From Fusobacteriota bacterium (GTDB lineage Bacteria; Fusobacteriota; Fusobacteriia; Fusobacteriales; JBNJFI01): a stretch of DNA of 37,715 nucleotides. The notes below the pieces were generated by a model. The model made no database searches and was not told the origin of the DNA. It worked only from the letters and a program-made list of their open reading frames with translations. The DNA lies in NCBI GenBank assembly GCA_051746725.1, contig JBNJFI010000009.1, positions 1 to 37,715 of the forward strand. Direction: 5' to 3'. A program made the position numbers and the translations under genes. Below are positions 25,455 through 34,106 of the stretch, in pieces (position 1 is the stretch's first letter; each line of letters opens with the position of its first letter).

Positions 25455-27113
25455 TTATTTTTTTATATATTTTTCTTCCATTGAATACTGCTTATATCCT
25501 CCAGAAATATTATAAACCTCTTTAAATCCCATATTTAACAATAAATTTTGCGCAAGATTTCCAGTTACACCTTTATTACAGTGAACCACAATATCTCGGC
25601 CCTTTAATTGGTCTTTTATTTCAGTTTTTTTACCTCGAATCTCTTGTAAAGGGATATTAATAGCTCCTTTTATATGTCCATCTTTATAATTAGAATTACT
25701 TCTTACATCTATAATCAAAAAATCATCATCTTGTTTTCTTAATTTTGTAGGAGTTATTATTTTATTACGACCATTTATAGCATTATCCAAAACCATCCCA
25801 GTATACATAACAGGATCCTTTGTCGTTGAAAATGGTGGAGCATATCCAAAGTCCATATGAAATAGATCCGATATTTTACCTCCTAAAGTCATAACAGATA
25901 CAAAAACATCAAGTCTCTTATCTATTCCTTTTTTTCCAACTATCTGAACTCCTAATACATTTTGAGTGTTCTTGTCTGCAATTGCCTTTATAACCATAAG
26001 ACTACTATCTTTGAAATATTTTGTCTGGTTATTTTTAATATTATGAATTACTTGAATATCATACCCTTTTTTGATAGCCTCTTTTTCAGTCAAACCTGTG
26101 CATCCAACTCCCATATCGAAGCTTTTAAATATTCCAGTTCCCAAAACACCTCTAAATTCTAGATTTCCACCTGTAATTACATCTCCAGCAATTCTTCCCA
26201 TTTTATTCGCAGTAGATCCCAAAGGAATGTATATTTCTTCACCTGTTATTCTAGAAAAAGTTTGTGCACAATCTCCAACTGCGTATATATCTTTAATATT
26301 TGTTCTCATCTTTTTATCTACTTTTATTGCCTTATTATTTCCCAGTTCAATATCTATATTTTCTGCTAACTTTGTATTTGGTTTGACACCAGTTGCTACA
26401 ATAATCATATCTGCTTCATATGTATTACCATCATCTGTTTTCAATATTTTTCCATTTGGTTCAATTTTAGTTACAGTTTTTCCAAGTTCTAAATTAACCC
26501 CTTTTTTGATTAAGTAATCTCGCAAATGAACTTCTACATCTAAATCAAAATTTGGAATTAATTGCTTTTCTCTTTCGATTAGTGTGAGATCCATATTTCT
26601 ATTATGTAGATTTTCAAGTAATTCTAACCCAATATATCCGCCACCAATAATTATTGCAGATTTTGGATCATTTTGTTTTACATATTTTCTTATTCTTTCT
26701 CCATCTCTTATATTACTAAGAAAAAATATTTTTTCTGTTTTTATTCCATCAATTGGAGGTATTACGGGTTTGGATCCAGTTGCTATAACTAGTTTATCAT
26801 AATCATCTGTAATTATTTTTCCATTTTTCAAGTTTTTAATTCTTAAGATTTTTTTATCTTTGTCTATTTCTAAAACTTCATGTAATATGTTTATCTCAAT
26901 GTCCATTCTATCTTTAAACCATTTTGGATCCCGGGGAGTCAAATCATCTCTTTTTATATAGTCATTTCCTATATAGTATGGTAGTCCACAGCCTGAATAC
27001 GATATATCACTGTCCCGTTCATAAATTACTATCTCATTTTCTTCGTTATTTCTCCTTGCTTTTGCTGCAACAGAAGTTCCAGCTGCTACAGATCCTATTA
27101 TTACTATTTTCAT
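25455..27113 (-). CDS. CoA-disulfide reductase / NADH-oxidase-family flavoprotein with a C-terminal rhodanese domain (CoADR-RHD).
   Basis: N-terminus 'MKIVIIGSVAAGTSVAAKARR' (FAD) and the redox-active Cys region 'SYSGCGLPYYIG'. C-terminal rhodanese with the catalytic loop 'VHCNKGVTGN'. Confidence 0.85.
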   Translation of the reverse strand: MKIVIIGSVAAGTSVAAKARRNNEENEIVIYERDSDISYSGCGLPYYIGNDYIKRDDLTPRDPKWFKDRMDIEINILHEVLEIDKDKKILRIKNLKNGKIITDDYDKLVIATGSKPVIPPIDGIKTEKIFFLSNIRDGERIRKYVKQNDPKSAIIIGGGYIGLELLENLHNRNMDLTLIEREKQLIPNFDLDVEVHLRDYLIKKGVNLELGKTVTKIEPNGKILKTDDGNTYEADMIIVATGVKPNTKLAENIDIELGNNKAIKVDKKMRTNIKDIYAVGDCAQTFSRITGEEIYIPLGSTANKMGRIAGDVITGGNLEFRGVLGTGIFKSFDMGVGCTGLTEKEAIKKGYDIQVIHNIKNNQTKYFKDSSLMVIKAIADKNTQNVLGVQIVGKKGIDKRLDVFVSVMTLGGKISDLFHMDFGYAPPFSTTKDPVMYTGMVLDNAINGRNKIITPTKLRKQDDDFLIIDVRSNSNYKDGHIKGAINIPLQEIRGKKTEIKDQLKGRDIVVHCNKGVTGNLAQNLLLNMGFKEVYNISGGYKQYSMEEKYIKK

Positions 27114-27168
27114 GATCCCTCCTAGATTAATTTTTATTAGTTTTACATCTAGATGATTTTATTTAAAT

Positions 27169-27495
27169 TTACACTTGACAACTAATCTCTTCTTCTAAAT
27201 TCTCAAGATCCTCTTTTAACTTCTTCTCTTTTTTGAATTCAGATATTAGTTTTTCCAAAAAAGGGTGTTTTCTTAATAATTCGTTATTTATAGAGTAATA
27301 AACCCATTGTGCAGATTTTCTAGATTTAATCAATTTAGATCGTTTTAATTTCCCTAAATGTCTAGAAGCATTAGATTGAGTTAAGTCTAAAATTTCTCGA
27401 ATATTACATACACATAATTCTTTTTTTTGAAGAATATTTAATATTCTAATTCGATTTTCGTCGGCAACTGACTTAAGTATATCAGTTAATTCCAT
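27169..27495 (-). CDS. arsR: ArsR-family metalloregulator with the canonical 'ELCVCNI' metal(loid)-binding motif.
   Basis: 'KKELCVCNIREILDLTQSNASRHLGKLKRSKLI' is the alpha3 CVC site followed by the HTH. The RBS is 'aaggaga'. Confidence 0.85.
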   Translation of the reverse strand: MELTDILKSVADENRIRILNILQKKELCVCNIREILDLTQSNASRHLGKLKRSKLIKSRKSAQWVYYSINNELLRKHPFLEKLISEFKKEKKLKEDLENLEEEISCQV

Positions 27496-27525
27496 AATCT
27501 CTCCTTTATTTTGCTTTTTATTTTT

Positions 27526-27580
27526 ATATGAGTATATGAACTTATACTCATATACTACCTTTTTTGATAAACTTTGTCAA
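27526..27580 (-). promoter_or_regulatory. Consensus sigma70 promoter (TTGACA, 17-bp spacer, TAGTAT) for the arsR operon, overlapped and followed by an 11-6-11 perfect palindrome (candidate ArsR operator).
   Basis: Minus-strand reading: 'ttgaca' (rc of 27575-27580), 17 nt, 'tagtat' (rc of 27552-27557). Palindrome 'atatgagtata tgaact tatactcatat' at 27526-27553. Confidence 0.5.
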
Positions 27581-27591
27581 CCTATTTTACC

Positions 27592-28545
27592 CTATTTTTT
27601 AATCTTTTTTATTCTTTTTTCTTTTTTGACAACCATATTCCTTCCATTTTTTTTACCTTCATAAAGTGCATCGTCAGCTCTATTTATAGCCGTTTCAATA
27701 TTTTCTCCAATACAATATTCAGAAACCCCTAGCGTTATAGTAACAGATAATTTCTGGTCATCATAATTATATTGTGCTTTTTCAATTTTTTCTCTAATTC
27801 TAGTAGCTAATTTATATGCTCCATCTAATTTAGTTTCAGGTAACAAAATCAAAAATTCTTCTCCTCCCCATCGAGAAACAAAATCTTGTTTTCTTGATAA
27901 ATCAACAAGATTTTCCGAAACTTTTTTGAGAACATAATCTCCACATTCGTGACCATATTTGTCATTAAATTTTTTAAATTTATCTATGTCTCCCATTATA
28001 AAAGAAAATTCTTTATTATTTCTATCAAATCTAGCTAATTCTTCATTAATCTTTTCCATCATATATCTTCTATTATAAAGGTTTGTAAGAGAATCTTTAG
28101 TTGCTAATCTTTCTAATTTCCTATTTTTTTCTTCTAATTCTTTTGCAAATTCTTCTATCCTTTTTTTCGATCTTCTAAGTTCCAAATGTGTTTGAACTCT
28201 AGCTTTCAACTCCACTCCATTAAATGGTTTTCTTACATAGTCAACTGCTCCCAATTTAAACGCTTTGGCAACACTTTCAATATCAGACTTAGCAGTCAAA
28301 AAGATTATTGGAATATCTTCTGTCTCTGGAGATTTTTTCAATCTTTTACAAACTTCAAAACCATCCATTTCAGGCATCATTATATCTAATAATATTAAAT
28401 CGAGTTCTTTTTCTTTAGCTTCTTTTATAGCAGCTTTTCCCTTTTTTGTAAATTCAATATTAATATTATCCGATTTTAATATATTAGCTGCAACTTGAAT
28501 ATTTTTAGAAACATCATCAACTATTAATATATTATACTTTTCCAT
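27592..28545 (-). CDS. Response regulator with a GGDEF diguanylate cyclase output (REC-GGDEF, PleD/WspR-like).
   Basis: REC 'ILIVDDVSKN...LILLDIMMPEMDG'. GGDEF active site 'RWGGEEF' and I-site-like 'RxxD'. Confidence 0.9.
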   Translation of the reverse strand: MEKYNILIVDDVSKNIQVAANILKSDNINIEFTKKGKAAIKEAKEKELDLILLDIMMPEMDGFEVCKRLKKSPETEDIPIIFLTAKSDIESVAKAFKLGAVDYVRKPFNGVELKARVQTHLELRRSKKRIEEFAKELEEKNRKLERLATKDSLTNLYNRRYMMEKINEELARFDRNNKEFSFIMGDIDKFKKFNDKYGHECGDYVLKKVSENLVDLSRKQDFVSRWGGEEFLILLPETKLDGAYKLATRIREKIEKAQYNYDDQKLSVTITLGVSEYCIGENIETAINRADDALYEGKKNGRNMVVKKEKRIKKIKK

Positions 28546-28594
28546 CTTTTCCTCCTGATTATTACTAAATAATTTTATTATTTATAATTTTAAT

Positions 28595-31500
28595 TTAATT
28601 TTCTACTTCCAATTCTTCTAAAATGCTTGGATATTTTTCTAATAATTTTTCAACGGTATCTAAATCAAATTCATCTAAATTATATAATATATCTGTACCA
28701 TAATTTTTTAAAGTTTCAATCTTTTTTTCTTCCCCATATTTTCGAACTTCCTCTCCAAATTCTTTTATATCCTCTGAAAACTTATTTTCTATTGCAATTT
28801 TCCACTTTTCATAAATCTTATTTTCCAATACTTCCTTTTGCTCTTTTGTTATAATCTCTGTGTCATCTGTATCATCTTTTGAAATAAAAATTTCATCCCT
28901 TTCATATTCTAAAAATTTCATAACTTCTCTATATAAGTCAGAAATTCTTGCTGGCTTATAAATATATCCATCAAAGATCTTTCTTTCTTCTACTTTTTCT
29001 TTAGTCTTAAGAGTTGAAGCTGTAAGAGCTATAATTTTTATATCTTTATCCTGATCTTTAATTTTTCTAGTTGCCTCATATCCATTTAATTTTGGCATTT
29101 TTATATCCATTAATATGAGGTCTATCTCTTCTTTTTGGGCCATTTCCACTGCTTTTTCTCCATCCGAAGCTTCATAGAGTTTTATATTAAATTCTGGATT
29201 AGAAAATATTTCTTTTATTAATTCCCTATTTTCTTTTATATCATCAACAATTAAGATTGAACCAGACTTAAATACAATATCATCATATCTGTTTTCATCT
29301 ATAAAATCTTTAATGCCTTTGGTTGCAGATATTCCTACTTCATTTAAAATTATATTAAATTTTGATCCTTCCCCTTTTTTGCTTTCCAATTCAATTTTAC
29401 CATTTAACATTTCAACCAACTTTTTTGTTATAGCTAGCCCCAAACCTGTTCCTCCGTATTCCTTAGTAATACTCGGCCCCTGCTGGGTAAAAGACTCGAA
29501 GATTTTTTCTTGAGAACTTTCCTCGATACCTATCCCGGTATCTTCAACTGTTATTTTTAAATCTATATTTGATCGATCAGACGATTTAGATATTTGTTTT
29601 AAAATTATTTTTATATATCCCATATCAGTAAATTTAACTGCATTCCCAACTAAATTAAATAAAATTTGACGAACTTTTGCTCTATCTAATATTAAAGTAT
29701 CAGGAACTTCATTATCAATTTCAATTTTAAACTTTAAACCTTTACTTTTTATTTTATGTATAAAAATATTTTCCACTTCTTTTATCAAATAGCTCACATT
29801 AACTGGCTCTTTATCCACTTGCATCTTTCCAGCTTCAATTTTTGAAATATCTAATATATCATTTATAATTGTTAATAGAGCGTCGCTGGAATTTTTAATA
29901 GATTTTAGATATTTTTTCTCTTTTTTTCCCACCATAATCCCTTCCATCAAGTCTGCAAATCCCACTATTGAATTTAGTGGCGTTCTTATTTCATGGCTCA
30001 TATTTGCCAAAAAAGCACTTTTAGCTTTATTAGCTGCCTCTGCTTCTTCTTTCGCTCTTTTTAAACGTTCTTCATATTTTTTATTTCGTGTTATGTCCCT
30101 TGCAACAGCATAAACTCTATTTCTATCTTCATCTGTAGAAGCATTCCATGATAACCAAATAATATCTCCATTTTTATTTTTATAACGATTTTGGAAGTCC
30201 CTAACTTGATTTCCTTCAAATAATCCACTCATTACATCTCTTGTTAAGTCTTTATCTTCCTCGATTACCAGGTCAAAAAAGGGTTTATTCATTAATTCTT
30301 TTTTGGAATATCCTAATATCTTTTCTGCAGCTTGATTAACAAATGTAAAATATCCCGCTTTATTAGAAACAACTATTATATCCTGAGATAATCTGAATAT
30401 CTTTTCTTTTTCTTCCATTGTTTTAGTCTTTTCTGTTATATCAGAAGCAATACTTATATATACCCTTTCACCATCTTTTGATTTACCAAGTGGAGCAGAG
30501 CTAAAATTCCATTTTCGATCTTCACCACTTTTCGTATTTATAGAAAAAACTCCTTCATTTATTTTTTTATCTATTGTATATATTTTTGATATTCTTTTTT
30601 CTATCTTCATTTTATTTTTTTTATAAGCTTTTGTAATCCAATCTCCCATAGTCTTTATTTCTTCTTTTTTGTAGCCAGTTATATCTTCCCAAATATTATT
30701 TATAGTAATAACCTTTCCAAATTCAGTATGAATCATAATTGGGAAAGGAGCATTAAGGATTGCCTTTTCGAATCTATCTTTAGATTCATTCAATTCTTCT
30801 GTTTTATCTCTTAATTCCAAAAGAGCATTTCTTAATTTTGCTGTTCTCTCCTCAACTCTATCCTCTAAATATTCATTTATATCTTCTAGTTTTTCAATGG
30901 CTTCTTTTTTCTCCGAAATATCTTTTATCACACCTAAAATATAAGTTTCATGATTTTTAGATTTTATTTTAGATACTGTTAAGTCACACCAAAGCAATTC
31001 TCCATTTTTACATTTATATCTTTTTTCTAAATTAAATGTTGAGATTTTATTTTTTAAAAGCTTTTCATATTTTTTAATATCTTCTTCTAAATCCTCTTTA
31101 TATGATATATCCTTAAAATTTTTATTTAACAACTCATCATTATTGTATCCTAACATATTACAGAGCTTATTGTTGACTCTTATGATATTTCCCTTTAAAT
31201 TGGTGTGTACCATTCCCACTGCTGCTTGCTCAAAAGTATTCTTGAAATTTTTCTGGGATTCCTCTATTTTTTCTCTTACTTTTACTTTTTCAGTTATATC
31301 GTGGAAAATACAGATTATTCCCTTTTCTTCCTTAAATTCAAATTTATCTATTTTTAATCCTATATGTTTTTCTTTATTTTCTTTATTTTTAATTAATACA
31401 TGAACTTCTCTAGAAATTTCTTTTTTTATATAATCAAATAATGTTTCAGTTTTATTATAACCTTTATTTTTAAAAATAAAATCCTTTGAATTCATATTCT

Positions 31501-31645
31501 TGATTTCATTGGAATTATATCCTAAAATTTCTTTTAAACTTTTATTAAAATCTAAAACTTTATAAATGGAAGAATTATCTAATATTAAAATCCCATCTTT
31601 TATATTATTAACTATAGTTTTATATTTTTCTAAATCCATTTCCAT
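28595..31645 (-). CDS. Cytoplasmic multi-PAS hybrid sensor histidine kinase (about 4 PAS, HisKA, HATPase_c, REC, plus an acidic C-terminal tail).
   Basis: Repeated PAS cores, e.g. 'AAVGMVHTNLKGNIIRVNNKLCNMLGY'. H-box 'SHEIRTPLNSIVGFADLM'. ATPase 'VEDTGIGI', 'GGTGLGLAITKKLVEMLNG'. REC 'ILIVDDIKENREL...LILMDIKMPKLNG'. No TM segment. Confidence 0.9.
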   Translation of the reverse strand: MEMDLEKYKTIVNNIKDGILILDNSSIYKVLDFNKSLKEILGYNSNEIKNMNSKDFIFKNKGYNKTETLFDYIKKEISREVHVLIKNKENKEKHIGLKIDKFEFKEEKGIICIFHDITEKVKVREKIEESQKNFKNTFEQAAVGMVHTNLKGNIIRVNNKLCNMLGYNNDELLNKNFKDISYKEDLEEDIKKYEKLLKNKISTFNLEKRYKCKNGELLWCDLTVSKIKSKNHETYILGVIKDISEKKEAIEKLEDINEYLEDRVEERTAKLRNALLELRDKTEELNESKDRFEKAILNAPFPIMIHTEFGKVITINNIWEDITGYKKEEIKTMGDWITKAYKKNKMKIEKRISKIYTIDKKINEGVFSINTKSGEDRKWNFSSAPLGKSKDGERVYISIASDITEKTKTMEEKEKIFRLSQDIIVVSNKAGYFTFVNQAAEKILGYSKKELMNKPFFDLVIEEDKDLTRDVMSGLFEGNQVRDFQNRYKNKNGDIIWLSWNASTDEDRNRVYAVARDITRNKKYEERLKRAKEEAEAANKAKSAFLANMSHEIRTPLNSIVGFADLMEGIMVGKKEKKYLKSIKNSSDALLTIINDILDISKIEAGKMQVDKEPVNVSYLIKEVENIFIHKIKSKGLKFKIEIDNEVPDTLILDRAKVRQILFNLVGNAVKFTDMGYIKIILKQISKSSDRSNIDLKITVEDTGIGIEESSQEKIFESFTQQGPSITKEYGGTGLGLAITKKLVEMLNGKIELESKKGEGSKFNIILNEVGISATKGIKDFIDENRYDDIVFKSGSILIVDDIKENRELIKEIFSNPEFNIKLYEASDGEKAVEMAQKEEIDLILMDIKMPKLNGYEATRKIKDQDKDIKIIALTASTLKTKEKVEERKIFDGYIYKPARISDLYREVMKFLEYERDEIFISKDDTDDTEIITKEQKEVLENKIYEKWKIAIENKFSEDIKEFGEEVRKYGEEKKIETLKNYGTDILYNLDEFDLDTVEKLLEKYPSILEELEVEN

Positions 31646-31664
31646 TTAATCCACCTCATTTTAA

Positions 31665-32114
31665 TTATAGTTTTATTAACCCTTCTTGATTCTCATTACC
31701 ATTTAAAGTTTGTACCATTAATTTATCAGTTTTTCTTAATCTTCTGCTCAGTTCCCTGGCTAAATTTGTAATTATAATTACGTATTCCTTTATATCTTTT
31801 TTGTATAATTTATATATCTCGCTCCGTTTTAAAATCCTAACTTTAAGATCTTCATTTGCTATTACATCAGTAGCTCTTCGCATCATATCCAAAACACTCA
31901 TTTCTCCAAAACCTTCACCTTCCTGTAACACAGCCAATTTTTGCCCCTCACTTTCTATAACTACACTTCCATCTTCAATAAAAAATAATTCATTGGCTGG
32001 CTCTCCTTCTGTACAAACAATTTCTCCTTTTTTGTAAGTTTTGACATTGCTTGATTCTTCTAAAAAATCCAACGTTTTATTTTGAAGTCCATGAAATATT
32101 TTCATATCACGCAT
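31665..32114 (-). CDS. Stand-alone cyclic-nucleotide-binding (cNMP) domain protein without an HTH.
   Basis: 'GEPANELFFIEDGSVVI...FGEMSVLD..RRATDVIANED' is the cNMP-binding beta-roll signature. It is only ~150 aa and has no DNA-binding domain. The start is re-assigned to the ATG at 32114 (SD 'gaagggag' 5 nt upstream) rather than the track start at 32129. Confidence 0.7.
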   Translation of the reverse strand: MRDMKIFHGLQNKTLDFLEESSNVKTYKKGEIVCTEGEPANELFFIEDGSVVIESEGQKLAVLQEGEGFGEMSVLDMMRRATDVIANEDLKVRILKRSEIYKLYKKDIKEYVIIITNLARELSRRLRKTDKLMVQTLNGNENQEGLIKL

Positions 32115-32348
32115 TTTTACTCCCTTCATAATCCATATATTATTTTAAAGTAATCAAATTATACCTAAAACTTTCTTATTCTTTAATTATATCCTAGCTT
32201 TTTTTTTACAGTTTGTCAATCTTTTTTGAGCTCATATTCTAATCTATTTAAATTGTTATATCCTCTTTATAAAATAAAATCCTTATAAAATACCTGAAAA
32301 GTTTTGTGTTTGACTTTATTTTTAAAGTTTTATTTAAAAATAATATCA

Positions 32349-32405
32349 TTTATTTTTCTCAAAATATATGTTATAATATTATTATATAGTAACATTTGTT
32401 ACAGA
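32349..32405 (+). promoter_or_regulatory. Candidate promoter (extended -10 TGtTATAAT at 32369-32377) followed by the perfect palindrome 'gtaaca tt tgttac' (32390-32403), a candidate operator for the split permease operon.
   Basis: 'atatgttataat' then 'agtaacatttgttacag'. It lies about 60 nt upstream of the RBS 'gaggagg' and the ATG at 32459. Confidence 0.4.
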
Positions 32406-32458
32406 CATTTTAACTAAATAATTGTATAATCTTTATATAAAAATTTGAGGAGGTATTT

Positions 32459-32935
32459 ATGATATATGGAGTTACTTTTTTATTATTAATCATTTTATTT
32501 TTTAAGGATAAAGAAAAAACTATAAAGGGCTTTAAATTAGGAATAAAAAAACTTTTTAAACAATTACCTGTATTTTTTAATATGATGGCTTTAGTTGCTA
32601 TTTCTTTATATTTTATATCAGATGATTTAATAATAAGATTTCTAGGAGAAGATAGTGGTAATATCGGTATGGCTTTAGGTGCTGGCTTTGGATCAGTAGC
32701 TATTATGCCTGGTTTTATAGCTTTTCCTCTGGCAGGTTTGCTACTTGAAAAAGGAATCTCTTACATGGTTTTGGCGAGTTTTACAAATACTCTTATGATG
32801 GTTGGAGTAGCTAGTTTTCCTGTTGAAAAAGAGTATTTTGGAGTAAAGGTGTCCATCATTAGGAATATTATTGGTTTTATTATGGCTATAGTAGTTGCGT
32901 TAATAATAGGTTTATTATATGGGGAGTTGATTTAA
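32459..32935 (+). CDS. Predicted permease, N-terminal half of a split COG0701/DUF318-type 'two-component membrane permease'.
   Basis: Four or five TM helices and a Gly-rich 'GMALGAGFGSVAIMPGFIAFPLAGLLL'. The stop TAA (32933-32935) is directly abutted by the TTG start of the next ORF. Confidence 0.65.
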   Translation: MIYGVTFLLLIILFFKDKEKTIKGFKLGIKKLFKQLPVFFNMMALVAISLYFISDDLIIRFLGEDSGNIGMALGAGFGSVAIMPGFIAFPLAGLLLEKGISYMVLASFTNTLMMVGVASFPVEKEYFGVKVSIIRNIIGFIMAIVVALIIGLLYGELI

Positions 32936-33457
32936 TTGAAAGAAAAATTACAAAAATTATTGATCCCAATATTATTTTTTGGGGGAATTATAATAAGTTC
33001 AATAATAGGTTTTGCACCTGGAAAGGGAATTGGAATTAATTTTGTTAAATTTTTTAAAAGTATGATCTCATTTTTACCAGCAGTTTTTATAATGATTGGA
33101 TTATTTGAGGTTTTTGTAGATAAAAAAACTATCGAAAAACATCTAGGAGAAGATTCAAAATTCCATGCTTATCTTTGGGCTATATTATTATCAGGAACTA
33201 CTGTTGGAGGTTTATTTGTAGCTTTTCCTGTGGCTCATTCTCTTTACAAAAAAGGGGCTAAAATAAGTATCATTTTTACATATATCGGTGCAGCCGCTGT
33301 TGCGCGTGTTCCCATGACACTTTTTGAAGCTTCTTATGTGGGGTTAAAGTTTACAATTATAAGGTTATCAGTCTCACTTCCATTTATAATAATAAGTAGT
33401 ATCTTGTTGGAAAAATATCTCAAAAATTCAAATTTTAAAATCAAAAAAGTTGCTTAA
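32936..33457 (+). CDS. Predicted permease, C-terminal half of the split COG0701/DUF318-type permease. TTG start, translationally coupled.
   Basis: TM-rich, 'LWAILLSGTTVGGLFVAFPVAHSLYKKGAKISIIFTYIGAAAVARVPMTLFEA'. It starts immediately after the upstream stop. Confidence 0.65.
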   Translation: MKEKLQKLLIPILFFGGIIISSIIGFAPGKGIGINFVKFFKSMISFLPAVFIMIGLFEVFVDKKTIEKHLGEDSKFHAYLWAILLSGTTVGGLFVAFPVAHSLYKKGAKISIIFTYIGAAAVARVPMTLFEASYVGLKFTIIRLSVSLPFIIISSILLEKYLKNSNFKIKKVA

Positions 33458-33537
33458 AATTTATAAAATTATAAATCAAAAATAATTATCGATGATTATA
33501 TTTATTAGTATTTTGAAATTCTAACATCTGATATTAT

Positions 33538-33568
33538 AAATAGGGCCGATTCGATATCTGCCCTATTT
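33538..33568. terminator. Hairpin between the convergent permease and glyoxalase genes (candidate bidirectional terminator).
   Basis: 'aaatagggc cgattcgatatct gccctattt' with a 9-bp stem, followed by 'aataataaaatc'. The T-run is weak. Confidence 0.45.
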
Positions 33569-33615
33569 AATAATAAAATCTTATTTTTCAGAATACACAA
33601 AATCCCCTTTTATCC

Positions 33616-34035
33616 CTACCAACTACCTACATTTTCCATAGAAACCCATGGTTCTTTTTTATCTAATTTTTCACCTTTTTGTAAAATTTCTATTGATATA
33701 TTATCTGGAGTTTTTACAAATGCCATATGTCCATCTCGTGGAGGCCTATTAATTAAAACTCCCATTTCTTGTAATTTTTCACAGGTTTCATATATATCAT
33801 CTACTAAAATAGCTATATGACCAAAATTTCTCGCATTTCCATAATCCTCGTTACTATCCCAATTATAAGTAAGTTCTATTTCTGATCCACCTTCATCGTC
33901 TCTTAGATAACATAAAGTACATTCCCATTCAGGATACTCATTTTCTTTTATTATTTCAAATCCAAATCCTTTTACAAAAAAGTTTTTACTTTCTTCTAAA
34001 TCAGATACTCTTATCATACAGTGTGCTAATTTCAT
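33616..34035 (-). CDS. gloA: Glyoxalase I / lactoylglutathione-lyase-like VOC-family enzyme.
   Basis: 'MKLAHCMIRVSDLEESKNFF..GFGFE' plus 'GHIAILVDDIYETCEKLQEMGV' metal-binding pattern. The start is re-assigned to the ATG at 34035 (SD 'ggaggtaaaa'). Confidence 0.8.
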   Translation of the reverse strand: MKLAHCMIRVSDLEESKNFFVKGFGFEIIKENEYPEWECTLCYLRDDEGGSEIELTYNWDSNEDYGNARNFGHIAILVDDIYETCEKLQEMGVLINRPPRDGHMAFVKTPDNISIEILQKGEKLDKKEPWVSMENVGSW

Positions 34036-34106
34036 TTTTACCTCCATTTTATTTTGAAAAATTCAAAATTCTTATTATTGTCTACGTTTTCTAAGTAAGT
34101 TTATAT

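Noticed and set aside
25455-27113. Rhodanese domain of the CoADR fusion as an Acr2/Cdc25-type arsenate reductase outright.
   Set aside because: The catalytic loop is 'CNKGVTG' (ordinary sulfurtransferase type) and lacks the C-X5-R signature of Cdc25/Acr2 arsenate reductases. It is kept only as a hypothesis in the ars-cluster finding.
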